Below are positions 55,901 through 64,000 of a stretch of 64,000 nt of DNA, in pieces. Origin of the DNA: Apteryx mantelli (lineage: Eukaryota); contig NC_090015.1 of NCBI RefSeq assembly GCF_036417845.1, positions 1 to 64,000 of the forward strand. The letters run 5' to 3'. Both the position numbers and the translations under genes were made by a program. Below the pieces are notes generated by a model. It saw only the letters and a list, made by a program, of their open reading frames with translations, made no database searches and was not told the DNA's origin. Within the stretch, counting starts at the first letter, position 1. Every line of letters starts with the position of its first letter.

Positions 55901-58900
55901 TCCGGGGAGTCTCGCGTCACCTCTAGGGGGACCCGGGCGTCCGGGAGGGGCCCAGGCGTCCGGGGAGTCTCGCGTCGCCTCTAGGGGGACCCGGGCGTCC
56001 GGGAGGGGCCCAGGCGTCCGGGGAGTCTCGCGTCACCTCTAGGGGGACCCGGGCGTCCGGGAGGGGCCCAGGCGTCCGGGAGGGGCCCAGGCGTCCGGGG
56101 AGCCTCGCGTCACCTCTAGGGGGACCCGGGCGTCCGGGAGGGGCCCAGGCGTCCGGGGAGCCTCGCGTCACCTCTAGGGGGACCCGGGCGTCCCGGAGGG
56201 GCCCAGGCGTCCGGGGAGTCTCGCGTCACCTCTAGGGGGACCTGGGCGTCCGGGAGGGGCCCAGGCGTCCGGGGAGTCTGGCGTCACCTCTAGGGGGACC
56301 CGGGCGTGCGGGAGGGGCCCAGGCGTCCGGGGAGTCTCGCGTCACCTCTAGGGGGACCCGGGCGTCCGGGAGGGGCCCAGGCGTCCGGGAGGGGCCCAGG
56401 CGTCCGGGGAGCCTCGCGTCACCTCTAGGGGGACCCGGGCGTCCGGGAGGGGCCCAGGCGTCCGGGGAGCCTCGCGTCACCTCTAGGGGGACCCGGGCGT
56501 CCGGGAGGGGCCCAGGCGTCCGGGGAGTCTCGCGTCGCCTCTAGGGGGACCCGGGCGTGCGGGAGGGGCCCAGGCGTCCGGGGAGTCTCGCGTCACCTCT
56601 AGGGGGACCCGGGCGTCCGGGAGGGGCCCAGGCGTCCGGGAGGGGCCCAGGCGTCCGGGGAGCCTCGCGTCACCTCTAGGGGGACCCGGGCGTCCGGGAG
56701 GGGCCCAGGCGTCCGGGGAGTCTCGCGTCACCTCTAGGGGGACCCGGGCGTCCGGGAGGGGCCCAGGCGTCCGGGGAGGCTGGCGTCACCTCTAGGGGGA
56801 CCCGGGCGTCCGGGAGGGGCCCAGGCGTCCGGGGAGCCTCGCGTCACCTCTAGGGGGACCCGGGCGTCCGGGAGGGGCCCAGGCGTCCGGGGCGTCTCGC
56901 GTCAACTCTGGGGGGACCCGGGCGTGCGGGAGGGGCCCAGGTGTCCGGGGAGTCTCGCGTCACCTCTAGGGGGACCCAGGTGTCCGGGAGGGGCCCAGGC
57001 GTCCGGAGGGGCCCAGGCGTCCGGGGAGTCTCGCGTCACCTCTAGGGGGACCCAGGCGTCCGGGAGGGGGCCCAGGCGTCCGGGAGGGGCCCAGGCGTCC
57101 GGGGAGTCTCGCGTCACCTCTAGGGGGACCCGGGCGTCCGGGAGGGGCCCAGGCGTCCGGGGAGTCTCGCGTCACCTCTAGGGGACCCGGGCGTCCGGGA
57201 GGGGCCCAGGCGTCCGGGGAGTCTCGCGTCACCTCTAGGGGGACCCGGGCGTCCGGGAGGGGCCCAGGCGTCCGGGGAGTCTCGCGTCACCTCTAGGGGG
57301 ACCCGGGCGTCCGGGAGGGGCCCAGGCGTCCGGGGAGTCTCGCGTCACCTCTGGGGGGACCCGGGCGTCCGGGAGGGGCCCAGGCGTCCGGGGAGTCTCG
57401 CGTCACCTCTAGGGGGACCCGGGCGTCCGGGAGGGGCCCAGGCGTCCGGGGAGTCTCGCGTCACCTCTAGGGAGGGACCCGGGCGTCCGGGAGGGGCCCA
57501 GGCGTCCGGGGAGCCTCGCGTCACCTCTAGAGGGACCCAGGTGTCCGGGAGGGGCCCAGGCGTCCGGGGAGTCTCGCGTCACCTCTAGGGGGACCCGGGC
57601 GTCCGGGAGGGGCCCAGGCGTCCGGGGAGCCTCGCGTCACCTCTAGGGGGACCCGGGCGTCCGGGAGGGGCCCAGGCGTCCGGGGAGTCTCGCGTCACCT
57701 CTAGAGGGACCCGGGCATCCGGGAGGGGCCCAGGCGTCCGGGGAGCCTCGCGTCACCTCTAGAGGGACCCAGGTGTCCGGGAGGGGCCCAGGTGTCCGGG
57801 GAGTCTCGCGTCACCTCTAGAGGGACCTGGGCGTCCCGGAGGGGCCCAGGCGTCCGGGGAGTCTCGCGTCACCTCTAGAGGGACCCGGGCATCTGGGAGG
57901 GGCCCAGGCGTCCGGGGAGTCTCGCGTCACCTCTAGGGGGACCCGGGCGTCCGGGAGGGGCCCAGGCGTCCGGGGAGTCTCGCGTCACCTCTAGAGGGAC
58001 CAGGTGTCCGGGAGGGGCCCAGGTGTCCGGGAGGGGCCCAGGCGTCCGGGGAGTCTCGCGTCACCTCTAGGGGGACCCGGGCGTCCGGGAGGGGCCCAGG
58101 CGTCCGGGGAGTCTCGCGTCACCTCTAGGGGGACCCGGGCGTCCGGGAGGGGCCCAGGCGTCCGGGGAGTCTCGCGTCACCTCTAGGGGGACCCGGGCGT
58201 CCGGGAGGGGCCCAGGCGTCCGGGGAGTCTCGCGTCACCTCTAGGGGGACCCGGGCGTCCGGGAGGGGCCCAGGCGTCCGGGGAGTCTGGCGTCACCTCT
58301 AGAGGGACCCGGGCGTCCGGGAGGGGCCCAGGCGTCCGGGGAGTCTCGCGTCACCTCTGGGGGGACCCGGGCGTCCGGGAGGGGCCCAGGCGTCCGGGGA
58401 GCCTCGCGTCACCTCTAGGGGGACCCGGGCGTCCGGGAGGGGCCCAGGCGTCCGGGGAGTCTCGCGTCACCTCTGGGGGGACCCGGGCGTCCGGGAGGGG
58501 CCCAGGCGTCCGGGGAGTCTCGCGTCACCTCTAGGGGGACCCGGGGCGTCCGGGAGGGGCCCAGGCGTCCGGGGAGTCTCGCGTCACCTCTGGGGGGACC
58601 CGGGCGTCCGGGAGGGGCCCAGGCGTCCGGGGAGTCTCGCGTCACCTCTAGGGGGACCCGGGCGTCCGGGAGGGGCCCAGGCGTCCGGGGAGTCTCGCGT
58701 CACCTCTAGGGGGACCCGGGCGTCCGGGAGGGGCCCAGGCGTCCGGGGAGTCTCGCGTCACCTCTAGGGGGACCCGGGCGTCCGGGAGGGGCCCAGGCGT
58801 CCGGGGAGTCTCGCGTCACCTCTAGGGGGACCCGGGCGTCCGGGAGGGGCCCAGGCGTCCGGGGAGTCTCGCGTCACCTCGAGGGGCACCCGGGCGTGCG

Positions 58901-61900
58901 GGAGGGGCCCAGGCGTCCGGGGAGTCTCGCGTCACCTCTAGGGGGACCCGGGCGTCCCGGAGGGGCCCAGGCGTCCGGGGAGTCTCGCGTCACCTCTAGG
59001 GGGACCCAGGTGTCCGGGAGGGGCCCAGGCGTCCGGGGAGTCTCGCGTCACCTCCAGGGGAACCCGGGCGTCCGGGAGGGGCCCAGGCGTCCGGGCAGTC
59101 TCGCGTCACCTCTAGGGGGACCCGGGCGTCCGGGAAGGGCCCAGGCGTCCGGGGAGTCTCGCGTCACCTCTAGGGGGACCCGGGTGTCCGGGAGGGGCCC
59201 AGGCGTCCGGGAGGGGCCCAGGCGTCCGGGGAGTCTCGCGTCACCTCTAGGGGGACCCGGGCGTCCGGGAGGGGCCCAGGCGTCCGGGGAGTCTCGCGTC
59301 ACCTCTAGGGGGACCCGGGCGTGCGGGAGGGGCCCAGGCGTCCGGGGAGTCTCGCGTCACCTCTAGGGGGACCCGGGCGTCCGGGAGGGGCCCAGGCGTC
59401 CGGGGAGCCTCGCGTCACCTCTAGAGGGGCCCAGGCGTCCGGGGAGCCTCGCGTCACCTCTAGAGGGACCCAGGTGTCCGGGAGGGGCCCAGGCGTCCGG
59501 GGAGTCTCGCGTCACCTCTAGGGGACCCGGGCGTCCGGGAGGGGCCCAGGCGTCCGGGGAGTCTCGCGTCACCTCTAGGGGGACCCGGGCGTCCGGGAGG
59601 GGCCCAGGCGTCCGGGGAGTCTCGCGTCACCTCTAGAGGGACCCGGGCGTCCGGGAGGGGCCCAGGCGTCCGGGGAGTCTCGCGTCACCTCTAGGGGGAC
59701 CCGGGCGTCCGGGAGGGGCCCAGGCGTCCGGGGAGTCTCGCGTCACCTCTAGGGGGACCCGGGTGTCCCGGAGGGGCCCAGGCGTCCGGGGAGTCTCGCG
59801 TCGCCTCTAGAGGGGCCCAGGCGTGCGGGAGGGGCCCAGGCGTCCGGGGAGTCTCGCGTCACCTCTAGGGGGACCCGGGCGTCCGGGAGGGGCCCAGGCG
59901 TCCGGGGAGTCTCGCGTCACCTCTAGAGGGACCCACGTGTCCGGGAGGGGCCCAGGCGTCCGGGGAGTCTCGCGTCACCTCTAGAGGGACCCGGGCGTCC
60001 GGGAGGGGCCCAGGCGTCCGGGGAGTCTCGCGTCACCTCTAGGGGCACCCGGGCGTCCGGGAGGGGCCCAGGCGTCCGGGGAGTCTCGCGTCACCTCTAG
60101 GGGGACCCGGGTGTCCGGGAGGGGCCCAGGCGCCCGGGGAGTCTCGCGTCACCTCTAGGGGGGCCCAGGCGTCCGGGGAGTCTCGCATCACCTCTAGGGG
60201 GACCCGGGCGTCCGGGAGGGGCCCAGGCGTCCGGGGAGCCTCGCGTCACCTCTAGGGGGACCCGGGCGTCCGGGAGGGGCCCAGGCGTCCGGGGAGTCTC
60301 GCGTCACCTCTAGGGGGACCCGGGCGTCCGGGAGGGGCCCAGGCGTCCGGGGAGTCTCGCGTCACCTCTAGGGGGACCCAGGTGTCCGGGAGGGGCCCAG
60401 GCGTCCGGGGAGTCTCGCGTCACCTCTAGGGGGACCCGGGCGTCCGGGAGGGGCCCAGGCGTCCGGGGAGTCTCGCGTCGCCTCTAGGGGGACCCGGGCG
60501 TCCGGGAGGGGCCCAGGCGTCCGGGGAGTCTCGCGTCACCTCTAGAGGGACCAAGGCGTCCGGGAAGGGCCCAGGCGTCCGGGGAGTCTCGCGTCACCTC
60601 TAGGGGGACCCGGGCGTCCGGGAGGGGCCCAGGCGTCCGGGGAGGCTCGCGTCACCTCTAGGGGGACCCGGGCGTCCGGGAGGGGCCCAGGCGTCCGGGG
60701 AGTCTGGCGTCACCTCTAGGGGGACCCGGGCGTCCGGGAGGGGCCCAGGCGTCCGGGGAGTCTCGCGTCACCTCTAGGGGGACCCGGGCGTCCGGGAGGG
60801 GCCCAGGCGTCCGGGGCGTCTCGCGTCAACTCTGGGGGGACCCGGGCGTGCGGGAGGGGCCCAGGTGTCCGGGGAGTCTCGCGTCACCTCTAGGGGGACC
60901 CAGGTGTCCGGGAGGGGCCCAGGCGTCCGGGAGGGGCCCAGGCGTCCGGGGAGTCTCGCGTCACCTCTAGGGGGACCCAGGCGTCCGGGAGGGGCCCAGG
61001 CGTCCGGGAGGGGCCCAGGCGTCCGGGGAGTCTCGCGTCACCTCTAGGGGGACCCGGGCGTCCGGGAGGGGCCCAGGCGTCCGGGGAGTCTCGCGTCACC
61101 TCTGGGGGGACCCGGGCGTGCGGGAGGGGCCCAGGCGTCCGGGGAGTCTCGCGTCACCTCTAGGGGGACCCGGGCGTGCGGGAGGGGCCCAGGCGTCCGG
61201 GGAGTCTCGCGTCACCTCTAGGGGGACCCGGGCGTCCGGGAGGGGCCCAGGCGTCCGGGGAGTCTCGCGTCACCTCTAGAGGGACCCGGGCGTCCGGGAG
61301 GGGCCCAGGCGTCCGGGGAGTCTCGCGTCACCTCTAGGGGGACCCGGGCGTCCGGGAGGGGCCCAGGCGTCCGGGGAGTCTCGCGTCACCTCTAGGGGGA
61401 CCCGGGCGTCCGGGAGGGGCCCAGGCGTCCGGGGAGTCTCGCGTCACCTCTAGGGGGACCCGGGCGTCCGGGAGGGGCCCAGGCGTCCGGGGAGTCTCGC
61501 GTCACCTCTAGGGGGACCCGGGCGTCCGGGAGGGGCCCAGGCGTCCGGGGAGTCTCGCGTCACCTCTAGAGGGGCCCGGGCGTCCGGGAGGGGCCCAGGC
61601 GTCCGGGGAGTCTCGTGTCACCTCTAGAGGGGCCCAGGCGTCCGGGGAGTCTCGCGTCACCTCTAGGGGGACCCGGGCGTCCGGGAGGGGCCCAGGCGTC
61701 CGGGGAGTCTCGCGTCACCTCTAGAGGGACCCGGGCGTCCGGGAGGGGCCCAGGCGTCCGGGGAGCCTCGCATCACCTCTGGGGGGACCTGGGCGTCCGG
61801 GAGGGGCCCAGGCGTCCGGGGAGCCTCGCGTCACCTCTAGGGGGACCCGGGCGTCCGGGAGGGGCCCAGGCGTCCGGGGAGTCTCGCGTCACCTCTAGGG

Positions 61901-64000
61901 GGACCCGGGCGTCCGGGAGGGGCCCAGGCGTCCGGGGAGCCTCGCGTCACCTCTAGGGGGACCCGGGCGTCCGGGAGGGGCCCAGGCGTCCGGGGAGTCT
62001 CGCGTCACCTCTAGGGGGACCAAGGTGTCCGGGAGGGGCCCAGGCGTCCGGGGAGCCTCGCGTCACCTCTAGGGGGACCCGGGCGTGCGGGAGGGGCCCA
62101 GGCGTCCGGGGAGCCTCGCGTCACCTCTAGGGGGACCCGGGCGTCCGGGAGGGGCCCAGGCGTCCGGGGAGTCTCGCGTCACCTCTAGGGGGACCAAGGT
62201 GTCCGGGAGGGGCCCAGGCGTCCGGGGAGCCTCGCGTCACCTCTAGGGGGACCCGGGCGTGCGGGAGGGGCCCAGGCGTCCGGGGAGTCTCGCGTCACCT
62301 CTAGGGGGACCCGGGCGTCCGGGAGGGGCCCAGGCGTCCGGGGAGTCTCGTGTCACCTCTAGAGGGGCCCAGGCGTCCGGGGAGCCTCGCGTCACCTCTA
62401 GGGGGACCCGGGCGTCCGGGAGGGGCCCAGGCGTCCGGGGAGCCTCGCGTCACCTCTAGGGGGACCCGGGCGTCCGGGAGGGGCCCAGGCGTCCGGGGAG
62501 TCTCGCGTCACCTCTAGGGGGACCAAGGTGTCCGGGAGGGGCCCAGGCGTCCGGGGAGCCTCGCGTCACCTCTAGGGGGACCCGGGCGTGCGGGAGGGGC
62601 CCAGGCGTCCGGGGAGTCTCGCGTCACCTCTAGGGGGACCCGGGCGTCCGGGAGGGGCCCAGGCGTCCGGGGAGCCTCGCGTCACCTCTAGAGGGACCCG
62701 GGCGTCCGGGAGGGGCCCAGGCGTCCGGGGAGTCTCGCGTCACCTCTAGGGGGACCCGGGCGTCCGGGAGGGGCCCAGGCGTCCGGGGAGTCTCGCGTCA
62801 CCTCTAGGGGGACCCGGGCGTGCGGGAGGGGCCCAGGCGTCCGGGGAGTCTCGCGTCACCTCTAGGGGACCCGGGCGTGCGGGAGGGGCCCAGGCGTCCG
62901 GGGAGTCTCGCGTCACCTCTAGGGGGACCCAGGCGTCCGGGAGGGGCCCAGGCGTCCGGGGAGCCTCGCGTCACCTCTAGGGGGACCCGGGCGTGCGGGA
63001 GGGGCCCAGGCGTCCGGGGAGTCTCGCGTCACCTCCGGGGGGACCCGGGCGTGCGGGAGGGGCCCAGGCGTCCGGGGAGTCTCGCGTCACCTCTAGGGGG
63101 ACCCGGGCGTCCGGGAGGGGCCCAGGCGTCCGGGGAGTCTCGCGTCACCTCTAGGGGGACCCGGGCGTCCGGGAGGGGCCCAGGCGTCCGGGGAGTCTCG
63201 CGTCACCTCTGGGGGGACCCGGGCGTGCGGGAGGGGCCCAGGCGTCCGGGGAGTCTCGCGTCACCTCTAGGGGGACCCGGGCGTCCGGGAGGGGCCCAGG
63301 CGTCCGGGGAGTCTCGCGTCACCTCTAGAGGGACCCAGGTGTCCGGGAGGGGCCCAGGCGTCCGGGGAGTCTCGCGTCACCTCTAGGGGGACCCGGGCGT
63401 CCGGGAGGGGCCCAGGCGTCCGGGGAGTCTCGCGTCACCTCTAGAGGGGCCCGGGCGTCCGGGAGGGGCCCAGGCGTCCGGGGAGTCTCGTGTCACCTCT
63501 AGAGGGGCCCAGGCGTCCGGGGAGTCTCGCGTCACCTCTAGAGGGGCCCGGGCGTCCGGGAGGGGCCCAGGCGTCCGGGGAGTCTCGCGTCACCTCTAGA
63601 GGGACCCAGGTGTCCGGGAGGGGCCCAGGCGTCCGGGGAGTCTCGCGTCACCTCTAGGGGGACCCGGGCGTCCGGGAGGGGCCCAGGCGTCCGGGGAGCC
63701 TCGCGTCACCTCTAGGGGGACCCGGGCGTCCGGGAGGGGCCCAGGCGTCCGGGGAGTCTCGCGTCACCTCTAGGGGGACCCGGGCGTCCGGGAGGGGCCC
63801 AGGCGTCCGGGGAGTCTCGCGTCACCTCTAGAGGGACCCAGGTGTCCGGGAGGGGCCCAGGCGTCCGGGGAGTCTCGCGTCACCTCTAGGGGGACCCAGG
63901 TGTCCGGGAGGGGCCCAGGCGTCCGGGGAGTCTCGCGTCACCTCTAGGGGGACCCAGGTGTCCGGGAGGGGCCCAGGCGTCCGGGGAGTCTCGCGTCACC
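43990..64000. repeat. Satellite array of at least 20 kb built from a 58-bp unit (ctagggggacccgggcgtccgggaggggcccaggcgtccggggagtctcgcgtcacct), at least 340 copies, continuing past the window end. A 97-bp higher-order sub-domain lies at about 47040-47500
   Basis: The ctagggggac anchor recurs at 58-bp steps (44223, 44281, ...). The unit is an internal 20-bp half-duplication (gggacccgggcgtccgggag / gggcccaggcgtccggggag) plus tctcgcgtcacctcta. ORFs 47071, 47168 and 47265 show the 97-bp period. Confidence 0.95.

Noticed and set aside
43990-64000. Regular 58-bp direct repeats that might superficially suggest a CRISPR-like array or a prokaryotic system
   Set aside because: There are no unique spacers, since the units are contiguous and near-identical. 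The surrounding genes are spliced eukaryotic genes with GT-AG introns and poly(A) signals. This is satellite DNA.
1-64000. Possibility that the tandem repeats are transposable elements or a single mobile element
   Set aside because: I recognised no terminal inverted repeats, LTRs, target-site duplications, or transposase- or reverse-transcriptase-like ORFs. The arrays are head-to-tail satellites of many unrelated unit sequences.

Overview
This window is GC-rich vertebrate DNA holding two convergent protein-coding genes whose introns are almost entirely tandem-repeat arrays; no prokaryotic system or single mobile element is visible. The base composition and satellite load suggest an avian-type GC-rich microchromosome, but the taxon is an inference.

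Gene content:
- Major vault protein (MVP), + strand. Fifteen coding exons lie between 909 and 39566, running from the ...RVLFAPVRM-equivalent region to the stop codon, with an AATAAA signal at 39597-39602. The window opens inside an upstream MVP intron. I assembled the exons by splice-site inspection plus alignment to the vertebrate MVP sequence as I remember it.
- TLCD3B (FAM57B), - strand. Its three 3'-most coding exons lie at 42033-43981, and a putative ATTAAA signal sits at 40233-40238 about 600 bp from the MVP poly(A) signal. Its upstream exons are outside the window.

Repeat content:
- At least 25 distinct satellite or minisatellite families fill the introns, with unit sizes from about 6 bp to about 160 bp.
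- One is an array of at least 20 kb built from a 58-bp unit, running from 43990 to the window end.
- Only two short MVP introns (86 and 100 bp) are repeat-free.

Most striking observation: several intronic higher-order repeats carry embedded copies of the adjacent exon end together with its splice site. This occurs for MVP exons 2, 8, 9 and 11, in an exon-14-derived unit, and for one TLCD3B exon. Each functional exon is therefore flanked by 2-9 near-identical decoy splice junctions.

Two apparent +1 frameshifts fall in homopolymer runs inside otherwise intact MVP exons, so they look more like assembly errors than pseudogenisation.

The long ORFs in the six-frame track (up to 1343 aa) are almost all stop-poor translations of GC-rich repeats.
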